From a virus, in the IMG/VR virus record IMGVR_UViG_3300045995_000108, positions 32,001 through 96,000 of that record: a DNA stretch of 64,000 nt; one strand, 5' to 3'. Under the pieces are notes generated by a model. That model saw only the letters and a program-made list of their open reading frames with translations, was not told where the DNA came from and ran no database searches. Numbering within the stretch: position 1 is the first letter of the stretch; each line of letters opens with the position of its first letter. The position numbers were made by a program, and so were the translations under genes. Shown here in pieces: positions 50,146 to 60,569 of the stretch.

Positions 50146-51090
50146 ATGAAACTTAGTGAACTAGTTGGATTACGTAACCTGTTGAATGAAAGTATCGCAC
50201 TAGAAGAAGTTAGGGCATCTACTGAAATTCTTTTGCAAAGAATTAGCAGTGTGAGTGACACGATAACCAATGCTGAATATGTAGCATCTATTCATCGTAT
50301 CCGAGATTATTACGGAGAGATACTTACCCTGGTAGAGAAGCCACCAAAAGAGTTGCACACCATGCTAGACCAAATTGACGCAAAGATCAATAAACTCACT
50401 AAGGATTTCCATAAACGTGGATACATTATCAACGGGTTCTTTGCAAGCAATTCTACTGACGTAGACGGGGAGCGCAATCTTAGAACTGTGCCAGTTGCGT
50501 CTGACATAAAAAAATTGGTTGGCGCCCGTATAGATATGCACTCGTCTTGGCAGTATCCTGGCCTAGAGATTGGCCCAGGTGACGGCGAGTGGACACCTAT
50601 GTTAGTGGCATCCGATCCGTTGTACGTAATTGACAACCATCAAGAATTTTTAGATGTGACCGCTAATCAATTTCCTGACGACTACCAACGCAGGCTTCGC
50701 AAATATGTCATTGACTTCAGAACAAACGACATAACAGAATTGCCCAAAAATCAAATTGGGTTTGCGTTTGCTTGGAATGTGTTTAACTTCTTTCCAGAAT
50801 ACGAATTGAGGCACTACTTAACACAGGTGTTTGCCGCATTACGACCGGGCGGAACATTGTTGTTTAGCTATAACAACTGTGATAACCCTATCCAGGCTGG
50901 ATTTGCAGAAGAGGGATGGATGTCGTGGATGCCACGCACGTTACTTACTTCTGTGTTAACTGATTTGGGTTACACTGATTTTACATTTTTTGAGCCGGCG
51001 CTGAACGTATCATTTGTTGAAGTTAAGAAGCCTGGAGAAAAGACCACAGTCAAAGCCCATCAAGTTTTAGGTGAAATAAAATTTTCATAA
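50146..51090 (+). CDS. SAM-dependent methyltransferase-like
   Basis: GLEIGPGDG, LRPGG.LLFSY. Confidence 0.75.
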   Translation: MKLSELVGLRNLLNESIALEEVRASTEILLQRISSVSDTITNAEYVASIHRIRDYYGEILTLVEKPPKELHTMLDQIDAKINKLTKDFHKRGYIINGFFASNSTDVDGERNLRTVPVASDIKKLVGARIDMHSSWQYPGLEIGPGDGEWTPMLVASDPLYVIDNHQEFLDVTANQFPDDYQRRLRKYVIDFRTNDITELPKNQIGFAFAWNVFNFFPEYELRHYLTQVFAALRPGGTLLFSYNNCDNPIQAGFAEEGWMSWMPRTLLTSVLTDLGYTDFTFFEPALNVSFVEVKKPGEKTTVKAHQVLGEIKFS

Positions 51091-51155
51091 CAGTTGATAA
51101 ATCTAAATACATCTGTTACAATCAACTATCAACACGCATACATCACGGAGAAAAC

Positions 51156-51896
51156 ATGCAAGATCATCTATTAGACATCGTCAAACACGCACTGCCAATC
51201 GGAATCGAATTGGTCAAGGTTACTGGAACTAAAACTGAAACAACTATTAACAGTATTGCAGAAGACCGTTCTGTAATTGTAGAAGCTAAATTCAAAGCGC
51301 CAGTCGCTGAATTCAACGGCGTATTCGGAATGCCAAATTTGGCAAAGCTGAATACTATTTTGGGCATTCCAGAGTACGCTAAGGAAGCTAAGTTGACAAT
51401 CCTTACCCGCGATGTTGACGTAGACGGTACTACGGTTAAGCTGCCAGCTGGCGTTAACTTCACAAACAAGGCAGGCGACTTCAAGAACGACTATCGCTTC
51501 ATGGGTAAGGAAGTTGTAGAAGACAAACTGAAGGCAGTTAAATTCCGCGGTGTTAAGTGGAACGTAGAGTTTACACCAAGCGTTGCAAGCATTCAGCGTT
51601 TGCGCTACCAAGCAGCAGCCAACAACGAAATTACAACCTTTGTGGCTAAGACAGAAAAGGGCGCTTTGGTGTTCTACTTTGGTGACGCAGCATCCCACGC
51701 AGGTAACTTTACGTTCGACAACAATGTTGCTGGTACACTGTCCAAGGCATGGTCGTGGCCCGTTAACCAAGTTATTGCTATCCTTGCACTCGCAGGTGAG
51801 AAAACATTCAAGATCTCCGACGAAGGTGCTGCAATGATTACAGTTGACAGCGGCTTGATTGAATACAGCTACATCATCCCAGCCCAAACAAAATAA
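51156..51896 (+). CDS. probable sliding clamp (gp45-like)
   Basis: Size, alpha/beta pattern, FGMPNLAKLNTIL, position after the polymerase. Confidence 0.5.
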   Translation: MQDHLLDIVKHALPIGIELVKVTGTKTETTINSIAEDRSVIVEAKFKAPVAEFNGVFGMPNLAKLNTILGIPEYAKEAKLTILTRDVDVDGTTVKLPAGVNFTNKAGDFKNDYRFMGKEVVEDKLKAVKFRGVKWNVEFTPSVASIQRLRYQAAANNEITTFVAKTEKGALVFYFGDAASHAGNFTFDNNVAGTLSKAWSWPVNQVIAILALAGEKTFKISDEGAAMITVDSGLIEYSYIIPAQTK

Positions 51897-53021
51897 GTGG
51901 AGCAGTTTTTCTGTCCGTTACCTTGGATACATCAATTCATTCAAATTGATGGAATCAAGATGTGTTGCGTGAGTAGCACAAGTCTTAATATGACACCAGA
52001 CGAGTTTAAACACTCTGATTTTATAAAAGATGTCAAAAAGACTATTACGGATGGAAAAATCCCACACGATTGCCAATCTTGTGTTAAGCAAGAACAACGT
52101 GGGGTCAAAAGTGTACGCGAAGGAATTTTAAAAGACTTTGCATATACTATTGAGACAGTCCCTGATCAAATCGAATATTTAGATTTGCGCCATTCCAATT
52201 TGTGCAATTTTTCGTGTCGTATATGCAGTCCAACATATAGTACCAGTATTAATAGAGAAGTCTTGTCTAATACGAAGCTACTTGCATATTACAGCCCAGT
52301 CGAGGTGGGTCTCAAATATGACATTGCATCGTCAATTGATTCATTGATTCCCAATTTGTCTAGATTAAACTTAACTGGTGGTGAACCACTAATAATAAAA
52401 GAAAATCTGGACATTTTGCAACGCCTATTGGATCAATGCCGTAATGATGTGCATTTGCTTATCACAACCAATGCCTCTACATTCAATCCCAAAATATTGA
52501 ATCTCATTAAGCAGTTTAGTAATGTACATTGGACCATAAGCATAGATGGTGTTGACGAAGTTGCTGAATACGCACGGTATGGTACTGATTGGCCTACCGT
52601 TCACGCCAATGTTCATCAGATTCTGCAACTAAAGCATAGTGTTTCCATAAATGTGACAATCAGTGCATACAGCGTATTAGGATTAGCTGCAACTTGCAAT
52701 TGGTTTAATTCGTTACGCAATGCGTACCAAAATCAACCATTAGAGATTATGTTCGGTGTGGCCACAAATGTAGACATTAAATTTCTGCCTATTCATATGC
52801 GTAAAAATGCAAAAGAAAATTTAGATCAGGCCATTGCAGTGATAAGTAATATCACAACCAATCCAGAATCTGAACTAGTTACTCTAAATAGCTTGCGTAA
52901 TGATTTAAACGATGTTACAATACATAGAGCAACAACTAAATTCATTCAATTTACTCGTGACTTAGATGCATCAAGAAATCAAAGTTTCGAATCGACATTC
53001 AAATTACCTTTAGAAATATGA
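51897..53021 (+). CDS. radical SAM protein with N-terminal SPASM/twitch-like domain
   Basis: CPLPWIH, CNFSCRIC, TGGEP, TTN, ISIDG. Confidence 0.88.
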   Translation: MEQFFCPLPWIHQFIQIDGIKMCCVSSTSLNMTPDEFKHSDFIKDVKKTITDGKIPHDCQSCVKQEQRGVKSVREGILKDFAYTIETVPDQIEYLDLRHSNLCNFSCRICSPTYSTSINREVLSNTKLLAYYSPVEVGLKYDIASSIDSLIPNLSRLNLTGGEPLIIKENLDILQRLLDQCRNDVHLLITTNASTFNPKILNLIKQFSNVHWTISIDGVDEVAEYARYGTDWPTVHANVHQILQLKHSVSINVTISAYSVLGLAATCNWFNSLRNAYQNQPLEIMFGVATNVDIKFLPIHMRKNAKENLDQAIAVISNITTNPESELVTLNSLRNDLNDVTIHRATTKFIQFTRDLDASRNQSFESTFKLPLEI

Positions 53022-53461
53022 ACCAACAAGAACGCGACACAATTGAACGCATCAAAGAGAAGGCTGTGCGCCAAATCTTTGTCACTTTCCAAAAGGAAGG
53101 CATTCATTGCTATCCTGCCGCAGCCACAGACCCAATGCTTGCGACAGGTGACCAATACGATGTCTCCTTTTTGGGCACCCCACATCGACACATTTTCCAC
53201 TTCCGCGTGGACATTGATGTGTTCCATAACGACCGCGACATTGAGTTTATTCAATTCAAGCGTTGGCTCGAAAACCTTTACAAGGATAGCATCCTTGCGT
53301 TAGACTACAAGAGTTGCGAGATGATCGCTGACGACTTGTACATTCAAATCGCTGCACGGTATCCTGATCGTGCAGTAAAAATCGAAGTATCCGAGGACGG
53401 CGAAAACGGATGCACAATCGAATACAACACCCACCGTCCAAGTCAATTAATTAAGGTCTAA
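53018..53461 (+). CDS. QueD/PTPS-like T-fold protein
   Basis: GIHCYP, HRHIFHF, SCEMIA, VSEDGENG. Confidence 0.6.
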   Translation: MNQQERDTIERIKEKAVRQIFVTFQKEGIHCYPAAATDPMLATGDQYDVSFLGTPHRHIFHFRVDIDVFHNDRDIEFIQFKRWLENLYKDSILALDYKSCEMIADDLYIQIAARYPDRAVKIEVSEDGENGCTIEYNTHRPSQLIKV

Positions 53462-53462
53462 A

Positions 53463-53720
53463 ATGGCAAAAGAACAATACATGCAAAGTCCCCGTGTACG
53501 TCAGGAAATGACTCGTCTCTTCGACGAGCTTGATGCATACTTGGAGTTCTGCAAAAAGCAGGGCTATGTATTTGACGAGTCCCATCTCTACAACGAGAAG
53601 ACTCCATGGGGTGAGTGGCAACGTGTCCTGAACGGGAAGTTTCCCAAGGACAACTGGTCTCCTTACCCTAAGGAAAAGCGTGACTTTTCCAAGCCGCGTT
53701 CGCATTTCTCCACTCGTTAA
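53463..53720 (+). CDS. hypothetical phage protein
   Basis: FDELDAYLEFC...GYVFDE..LY. Confidence 0.55.
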   Translation: MAKEQYMQSPRVRQEMTRLFDELDAYLEFCKKQGYVFDESHLYNEKTPWGEWQRVLNGKFPKDNWSPYPKEKRDFSKPRSHFSTR

Positions 53721-53726
53721 TCCTTT

Positions 53727-55361
53727 ATGCCATATAAAGACGATTTAACGGCGAAGCAAAGCGACTACGCCTACTTTCTACCAGCGTTAAGCGGATTTTA
53801 TTCCTCTTACGTTGGCAAGCAAAGACATGAACAGCACGTAGATGCTGCCCGTATTCCTAAGCGATTTGAAAATGGCATTGAGGGATTAAACTATCTCAAT
53901 GAAGAAGAAGCTTACTTCAAGTATAAGTGGTCTCTGTATTCTGCAGGACACGCTAACTTGGATACCACTAAGTTTGATCCGTCTGAGGACATGATTCGCA
54001 ATCGTTCTAAGAATAGCTTTGTACTTGGTGACTCTGGTGGATTCCAGATTGCCAAGGGAGTATGGGAAGGCGACTGGCGTGCTAACTCTGGTTGTGCAAA
54101 AGCTCAAAAGTATCGCACACAGGTTCTTGATTGGATGGAAAGCTACATGGACTACGGCATGGGATTAGATATTCCAGGCTGGGTTTGGCGTACCCCAAGG
54201 GGTGTGGCTGCAACCAAGATTGAAACTTACCAAGAAGCTATGGAAGCTTCCAAGTACAACTTCGAATATTGGATTAAACATCGTCGCGGTAACTGCAAGT
54301 TCTTGACAGTTCTGCAAGGTGATAATCACGAGCAGGCAGATGAGTGGTATGAGGAGATGAAGAAGTTCTCCGATCCTAAGCATTACCCTAACGAGCACTT
54401 TAACGGTTGGGCTATGGGATCGCAAAACAAATGCGATGTACACCTTATCTTGAAACGCCTTGTTGCATTGATTTATGATGGATTGTTGGAAGAAGGCAAG
54501 CAAGACTGGATTCACTATCTTGGTACATCCAAGCTAGAGTGGGCAGTTATGTTTACCGATATTCAACGTGCTATCCGGAAGAACCACAACCCAAGTCTAA
54601 GCATTAGCTTTGACTGCGCATCTCCTTTCCTGGCAACAGCGAACGGGCAAGTGTATTGGGACAACCGTCTTGAAGACGAAGACAAGTGGTCTTACCGTAT
54701 GATGAAATGTGTGGATGATAAGAAGTATGCACTAGATACTCGCATGTTCCGTGATGTGGCAGTCAATGATGGGCATTTCCCATCGTTCATTGACAGTCCA
54801 ATCATCTCGCGTATGGAAATCAATGATGTATGTCATTACGGACCAAACGATGTAAACAAGATTGGTAAGATTGGCCGTACGTCGTGGGATAGTTTTGCTT
54901 ATGCATTGCTGATGGGGCACAACGTCTATGCACACATTAAGTCTGTACAAGACAGCAATGAGCGTTACGACCAAGGCATTGTTCCTGAAATGCTGATACA
55001 CGACATGAAGATGAAGGGTGCGTTTAGACAACTCGTCGACGCAATCTTTTCTGCACCGTCCCGTGCTGCCGCTGATAAGTTGGTTAACGAAGAAAGCAAT
55101 TGGTACTTACAGATTACTGGATCAAGTGCAAACGGCTTGCTAGGTAAGAAAGCTGTCAATGCAGATACGATGACAGCAAAACACATGGTGATCGAAGGTA
55201 CCATCCACGATAAGGTTAAGGTTGAAAAAGTAAAATTCAAACCTGTCGTGATGTCTAACTTGTTCGAGGGTGAAGGCGTGGCAGAATTTGTCCCGCATGT
55301 TGACGATTCAGAAATTGACGAAGCACCACTTGATGACTTGGAGAAAGCAGATGAGCTGTAA
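53727..55361 (+). CDS. dpdA: DNA-guanine transglycosylase (TGT-fold, DpdA-like)
   Basis: DSGGFQ, LDIP, VLQG, IHYLG, SFDCASP, GHN; folE/queD/queE nearby. Confidence 0.78.
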   Translation: MPYKDDLTAKQSDYAYFLPALSGFYSSYVGKQRHEQHVDAARIPKRFENGIEGLNYLNEEEAYFKYKWSLYSAGHANLDTTKFDPSEDMIRNRSKNSFVLGDSGGFQIAKGVWEGDWRANSGCAKAQKYRTQVLDWMESYMDYGMGLDIPGWVWRTPRGVAATKIETYQEAMEASKYNFEYWIKHRRGNCKFLTVLQGDNHEQADEWYEEMKKFSDPKHYPNEHFNGWAMGSQNKCDVHLILKRLVALIYDGLLEEGKQDWIHYLGTSKLEWAVMFTDIQRAIRKNHNPSLSISFDCASPFLATANGQVYWDNRLEDEDKWSYRMMKCVDDKKYALDTRMFRDVAVNDGHFPSFIDSPIISRMEINDVCHYGPNDVNKIGKIGRTSWDSFAYALLMGHNVYAHIKSVQDSNERYDQGIVPEMLIHDMKMKGAFRQLVDAIFSAPSRAAADKLVNEESNWYLQITGSSANGLLGKKAVNADTMTAKHMVIEGTIHDKVKVEKVKFKPVVMSNLFEGEGVAEFVPHVDDSEIDEAPLDDLEKADEL

Positions 55362-56415
55362 AACTATTTACATCGTGCCAATCGAACCAATCGACGCACG
55401 GTACACAAAGCAATGGTACGAGAATATTCCCAAGATCATTCTTGAAGAAGCGAACAAACGCGACGTACCAATTAAGCTAGTTACTATTGATGGTGCTAAG
55501 ATTGAGGCTGGCACAACCAGTGGAGCCTTCCTTGATTTTGGGGCCACCAATGTGTACAAGGCATCGCAATGCGAAGTCGTGTCGCGTATGTTTAGCAGTG
55601 GTATTGTCAAGGCTGGTGACAAGTTTCTTATCACTGATGCGTGGAACTTTATCATCACACCTATCAAGTACATGAGCGACTTGCTTGGTATTCCTGTTGA
55701 GATTCACGGCATATGGCATGCCGGTGCATACGATCCTTCTGACATCCTTGGATACAAGATGCAAAAGCCGTGGCCCAACCATGCTGAACGCTCGTGGTTC
55801 CACTCTTGCGACTATAACTACTACGCAACGGACTTCCACAAGGATATGTTCCTGCGTAACTTGGGTATTGAGCCAGAGTATCATCACAAGGCGATTCGTT
55901 CTGGACAACCGCATACACCAATCATTGAACAATGCAGTCAATATTGGCACACATACAAGACTGGAAAGATGATCTGGCCGCATCGTTATAACGACGACAA
56001 GCAACCTGCCATTGCTGAGTCTATTGCGGAAGTTATCCCCACTGTTATTACACAGAAGATGAACCTGTCCAAAGAGGCTTATTACGAGGAGTTAGGCAAG
56101 GCTTCCGTACTATTTTCGTGCAGTTTGCATGAGAATCTAGGCATTTCCATCATGGAAGGTGTGTTAGCTGGTGTAATCCCCTTCTTGCCTGATCGCTGCT
56201 CTTATTCAGAAATGTATCTCCCAGAGTTCCTGTATCCATCAGAATGGACCAAAGACTTTGCATCTTTTGAGAAGCATCGTCCATTGTTGCTTCGCTTTAT
56301 CAATCATCGAATCAATGATCGCTATAACTACATGGATGCACTGGAACGCCAACGCGACATTCTCATTGAGAAGTACCTGCAACCAACTGTAATGGTAGAC
56401 AAGTTGCTTGGCTAA
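55351..56415 (+). CDS. GT-B glycosyltransferase
   Basis: WPHRYNDDK, HENLGISIMEG (Ex7E-type), SYSEMY; overlaps the dpdA stop. Confidence 0.75.
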   Translation: MSCKTIYIVPIEPIDARYTKQWYENIPKIILEEANKRDVPIKLVTIDGAKIEAGTTSGAFLDFGATNVYKASQCEVVSRMFSSGIVKAGDKFLITDAWNFIITPIKYMSDLLGIPVEIHGIWHAGAYDPSDILGYKMQKPWPNHAERSWFHSCDYNYYATDFHKDMFLRNLGIEPEYHHKAIRSGQPHTPIIEQCSQYWHTYKTGKMIWPHRYNDDKQPAIAESIAEVIPTVITQKMNLSKEAYYEELGKASVLFSCSLHENLGISIMEGVLAGVIPFLPDRCSYSEMYLPEFLYPSEWTKDFASFEKHRPLLLRFINHRINDRYNYMDALERQRDILIEKYLQPTVMVDKLLG

Positions 56416-56600
56416 TGTAGATCAAGTTTGGTGCGATATGTGCAGGCCGCTTTATCCTTGGTTAGAGGACAAGCGGCTTTTGGATCAACGCGACATTCTA
56501 ATGCAGCTATACGAAGCTTGCACTGCACGTGGTCAAGAAATGTACCAAAGCGAAGGCATGGACATTTATCTAGAATACTTAACTTGGTGGAAACTACAAT

Positions 56601-57203
56601 ATGTCCTTCGACCTAATCCTAAAGTTTGAAAAAGAGTTAGCAGAGTTTACTGGCGCTCCGTATGCAATTATGACAGATTGCTGCACACACGCCATTGAAC
56701 TGTGTCTTCGTTACGAACTACAAGATCGTCGCTACATAGACAAGGTTGTGTTTACTGCGTTTACATACTTGTCCGTGCCAATGACCTTCCGCAAGATAGG
56801 CATTAAGTACGAGCACATTGACTACGATTGGACTGGCGAGTATCCGTTCTATGGCACACGTATTTGGGACTCTGCTCGTAGGTTAGAGAAAAACATGTAC
56901 CGCCCACACTCCTTCCAATGTCTGAGCTTTGGACAAGGTAAGCCAATCCAGATTGGGCATGGTGGTGCTATCCTAACTGACGATAAGAATGCGTACACCA
57001 CTATGCTTGCACAACGGTACGACGGTAGAGACCTAACCATATCCCCATGGCACGACCAAAAGGTGTTTAGGGTCGGCTACCATTACAAGCCAGCAATTGA
57101 AGACGCAATGCATGGTTCGGAATTGCTTAAAGCTTATGCTTGCTATCCAGCTAAACCAATGCATGTGATATATCCAGATTTAAGAAAGATAACAATATTA
57201 TGA
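56601..57203 (+). CDS. DegT/DnrJ/StrS-family PLP aminotransferase (short)
   Basis: FEKELAEFTGAPYA...CT.AI, DSA, LSFGQGKPI...GGAILTD. Confidence 0.8.
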   Translation: MSFDLILKFEKELAEFTGAPYAIMTDCCTHAIELCLRYELQDRRYIDKVVFTAFTYLSVPMTFRKIGIKYEHIDYDWTGEYPFYGTRIWDSARRLEKNMYRPHSFQCLSFGQGKPIQIGHGGAILTDDKNAYTTMLAQRYDGRDLTISPWHDQKVFRVGYHYKPAIEDAMHGSELLKAYACYPAKPMHVIYPDLRKITIL

Positions 57204-58150
57204 ACATTTTAGTATTAGGCGCGGGTGGGTTCATTGGATCGCATTTAGTAAAAAGACTCAAAAGTGAAGGTCATTATGTCGTCGGTATGGACTTAAAATA
57301 TCCTGATTTTGACACAACTCACGCAGACGAGTTTATTATCACTGACTTGGCAGATGCAAGATCTCTTGTGTTCCCATACCTTGAGTTTGATGAGGTGTAC
57401 CAACTTGCTGCTGACATGGGCGGAGCGACCTACATATTCACAGGGATAAATGATTCGAACATTATGATGCATAGTGTTCGTATAAATTTAAATGTGCTTG
57501 ACCACTTTAAGGACACAAAAGCAACAATCTTCTATTCGTCATCTGCCTGCATTTACCCAGCACATAACCAGCTTGACCCGTCAGATCCTAATTTGGAAGA
57601 GTCTTCTGCATACCCAGCCAATCCAGATTCTGAATACGGATGGGAAAAACTATTCTCTGAACGGCTGTATCTTGCACATGCAAAAAACCACGGGACTAAG
57701 GTTCGTATTGCACGTTACCACAATGTTTATGGCCCATATGGCACGTTCGAAGGTGGTAAAGAAAAGGCACCTGCTGCAATATGCCGCAAAGTAATTCAAT
57801 CCAACGGTGAGATTGAGATCATTGGTCCAGGATATCAAACACGTTCGTTTTTGTATATTGACGATTGCGTTGATGCAACGATTCAATTAGTACGTAGTGA
57901 TGTTAACTTTCCTATTAACATCGGATCAGAAGAAATGGTATCAATCAACCAATTGGTGGACATTGCATCTGCGGTAGAAGGAAAGCAATTGATTAAAAAG
58001 CATGTATCTGGACCAGTTGGTGTCGCTGGCCGCAATTCTGACAATACGTTAATTGAACATTACTTAGGTTGGGAAAGAAAGAATACGTTGTCAGACGGTA
58101 TCACCAAAACATACAAATGGATTAAATCCGTCATTGACTCCCGCGTCTAA
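57200..58150 (+). CDS. NAD-dependent sugar epimerase (GDP-mannose 3,5-epimerase-like)
   Basis: GAGGFIG, LAADMGG, SSSACIY, YGWEK. Confidence 0.88.
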   Translation: MNILVLGAGGFIGSHLVKRLKSEGHYVVGMDLKYPDFDTTHADEFIITDLADARSLVFPYLEFDEVYQLAADMGGATYIFTGINDSNIMMHSVRINLNVLDHFKDTKATIFYSSSACIYPAHNQLDPSDPNLEESSAYPANPDSEYGWEKLFSERLYLAHAKNHGTKVRIARYHNVYGPYGTFEGGKEKAPAAICRKVIQSNGEIEIIGPGYQTRSFLYIDDCVDATIQLVRSDVNFPINIGSEEMVSINQLVDIASAVEGKQLIKKHVSGPVGVAGRNSDNTLIEHYLGWERKNTLSDGITKTYKWIKSVIDSRV

Positions 58151-58180
58151 ATACAGTACAATAAACAATAGGAACAAAAC

Positions 58181-58879
58181 ATGGATAACAGTAAAAATCT
58201 TTCTCAATTAATCCGCCGCAAAATGCAAGGAAGTGGTAAACGCTTTTGGGCAGGCGACAACATTTCTGAATTCGTTAGCGAAGATGCAAAACAACTTCTG
58301 ATTGACGAAGCTGCTGAAGCATTCGAAGGAGTGCTGGACGCTTTGTTAATTGATCGGGAGAATGATCCTAACAGCAAAGGCACTGCTCGTCGTCTTGCCA
58401 AAATGTACTACAACGAGATCATGTCTGGTCGTTACGATGCACCACCAGACTGCACTGCTTTCCCAAATGACAGCGATGACCGTTATGAAGGAATGTTGGT
58501 TGTTCGTTCAGAATTGAAGTCAATGTGCTCACACCACCACCAGCCCGTTTCTGGCACTGCGTACATTGGTATCATTGCTGCGCAAAAGCTAATTGGCTTG
58601 TCCAAGTATTCACGCATCGCGCAGTGGTGCGCATTGCGCGGCACATTGCAAGAAGAGTTATGCAACGACATCGCAAAAGAAATTGAAAAGGCAACTGGTT
58701 CTGAGAACATTGCAGTTTACATACAGGCCACACATGGATGCTGCGAAAACCGTGGAATAATGGCCCATTCGTCCCTAACACAAACAACTGTGCTCAAAGG
58801 ATCATTTAAAAGCGACCCAGGCACTAAGAAAGAGTTTTTCGACAACATTAATCTACAGCAACAGTTCGCTCCACGATAA
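58181..58879 (+). CDS. folE: GTP cyclohydrolase I
   Basis: SMCSHHH, IGLSK..R, LQEEL, HGC...RG. Confidence 0.95.
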   Translation: MDNSKNLSQLIRRKMQGSGKRFWAGDNISEFVSEDAKQLLIDEAAEAFEGVLDALLIDRENDPNSKGTARRLAKMYYNEIMSGRYDAPPDCTAFPNDSDDRYEGMLVVRSELKSMCSHHHQPVSGTAYIGIIAAQKLIGLSKYSRIAQWCALRGTLQEELCNDIAKEIEKATGSENIAVYIQATHGCCENRGIMAHSSLTQTTVLKGSFKSDPGTKKEFFDNINLQQQFAPR

Positions 58880-58945
58880 TCAAAGTTGACTGATAAATCA
58901 CTTTATTGTACACTGTGATAATCAACAACTCCTGGAGTATTTCTA

Positions 58946-60187
58946 ATGCGTAAATTAGGTCTTGCACTCGCCATTGCTGCTAGTGCATTTTTGGTGGCTT
59001 GTGGTGGGGGTGGAGGCGGTGGCAGTCCTGCAGCCGTGGCACCAACGCCAGTTTCAGTAACGTACAAAGCGTCTGACTGGAATGCAACAATTGCGTGGTG
59101 GGACGATTCGACAAATTCTGGGCAGACTGATGCCTTTGTTAAAGGGATGATTGACAACATTCTGGCAACGGGTTACAGTGGTGTTACATTTTCCTACAAA
59201 AACCCAATTGATATGTCGACTGGGCATGTGCCAGCTTTTGCCACTACAATGGCAAACAACACGCGAATGTTCGCAATGATGGACTATGCGTATTCAAAAG
59301 GGCTCAAGGTCAATATCAAAGAATATTGGACAATGCCTGACAACAGCAACGTCAACCAGTGGAGTGCAAACGATGCCGCAAATTGGTACGATAGTGCAAC
59401 ACCCAATGCGACAAAACCTTATGCCACTACATTGCTGGCAGACATGGACACACATTTCACAGCACTTGCAAGCGTTGCACAAGCGCACCACGTGTCAATG
59501 ATTATCATGGGGTCAGAAAATGACTTCCTCGCATATAACCAATATCACGCGAATTGGGCAAGTATGGTCTCGCACTTACGTGGCAATGGGTTCACAGGCA
59601 AGCTTACTTACGATGCAATTTGGCAAGGCAAGCAAGGCGAGGCTTTTTACAGTGTCACAGTTTGGGACTTGATGGACAAAGTTTGCTTGTCATTCTTCCC
59701 TGACTTCTCTGGTATGCCGCTTACAAATGTACAGGATGTTGTTGCACGATGGTCTAGCGTTAACCTTGCGCAAGTTACAAGCCCCTACGCTGACTTGAAT
59801 GACCCAAATACCCCATTCCCTAGCTATGTCGCTGAACTACTTGCCATTAGCCAAACTTGGCAAAACAAGGAAATTGTATTTGGTGAAAATGCATACGAGA
59901 ATTCAGCTACTGCGCTGATGAACTGGAACAGTGTGACTCAACTAGTTGCTGGCGGTGTGCAACACGATCCAGTGCAACGTCAATTGGCATTTGAAGCAGA
60001 ACTGATTGTTCTAAAGACTCCAGTAGCGCAAGGCGGACTGAAAGGCGTAGTGACAGGCTTTAACTTGATGGGTTACGATCCTTGGGAATACGGTCCAGGA
60101 CCAATGGCTGTATGGAAAGACTGGGAGCAACTGACGGGTACTACATCAGAAGCTACTCTTAAGACATATTTGCAAGCTGGACTCTAA
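58946..60187 (+). CDS. lipoprotein with TIM-barrel glycoside hydrolase-like domain (GH113-like)
   Basis: Lipobox LVA-C, Gly/Pro linker, MGSEND, FTGKLTY, FGENAY. Confidence 0.65.
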   Translation: MRKLGLALAIAASAFLVACGGGGGGGSPAAVAPTPVSVTYKASDWNATIAWWDDSTNSGQTDAFVKGMIDNILATGYSGVTFSYKNPIDMSTGHVPAFATTMANNTRMFAMMDYAYSKGLKVNIKEYWTMPDNSNVNQWSANDAANWYDSATPNATKPYATTLLADMDTHFTALASVAQAHHVSMIIMGSENDFLAYNQYHANWASMVSHLRGNGFTGKLTYDAIWQGKQGEAFYSVTVWDLMDKVCLSFFPDFSGMPLTNVQDVVARWSSVNLAQVTSPYADLNDPNTPFPSYVAELLAISQTWQNKEIVFGENAYENSATALMNWNSVTQLVAGGVQHDPVQRQLAFEAELIVLKTPVAQGGLKGVVTGFNLMGYDPWEYGPGPMAVWKDWEQLTGTTSEATLKTYLQAGL

Positions 60188-60514
60188 ATGATAGCGTTAC
60201 CTCCCGGTTGCACTGTCCCGTACACCGTCCAAATCACAGTTAGTGCACTAACTGACGAGATGATGGAATGGTACGAGATGGTAGGCGGGGAGGTTTCGTC
60301 TGTTAACACCAATACGTACAATCGCGCAAATAAAGAGATCGTAAATAAGCTAGTGCGTTACAATAACTCAAAATGGTGCCATCGTTTTATAGATGGTACA
60401 GGCAATGTGAGATTGAACTTTAGCGGAGAGGACGCTTATGTTGCAAGCGTCTTCCTCATTAAGTTTAACGACGAAATTGTGAATCATAACTTTCGCGAGC
60501 ATGAGTACAAATGA
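60188..60514 (+). CDS. hypothetical phage protein
   Basis: 108-aa ORF. Confidence 0.55.
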   Translation: MIALPPGCTVPYTVQITVSALTDEMMEWYEMVGGEVSSVNTNTYNRANKEIVNKLVRYNNSKWCHRFIDGTGNVRLNFSGEDAYVASVFLIKFNDEIVNHNFREHEYK

Positions 60515-60525
60515 TAAATAAAAGT

Positions 60526-60569
60526 AGCGGTCTTGGCATTCACCCCGCTTGCATAAATTCTGTGGCCAT
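60526..60569 (+). ncRNA. candidate preQ1-I-like pseudoknot riboswitch
   Basis: P1 AGCGG/CCGCT, loop TCTTGGCATTCACC, ATAAA linker, P2 TGGC/GCCA; upstream of denV-queD. Confidence 0.5.
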
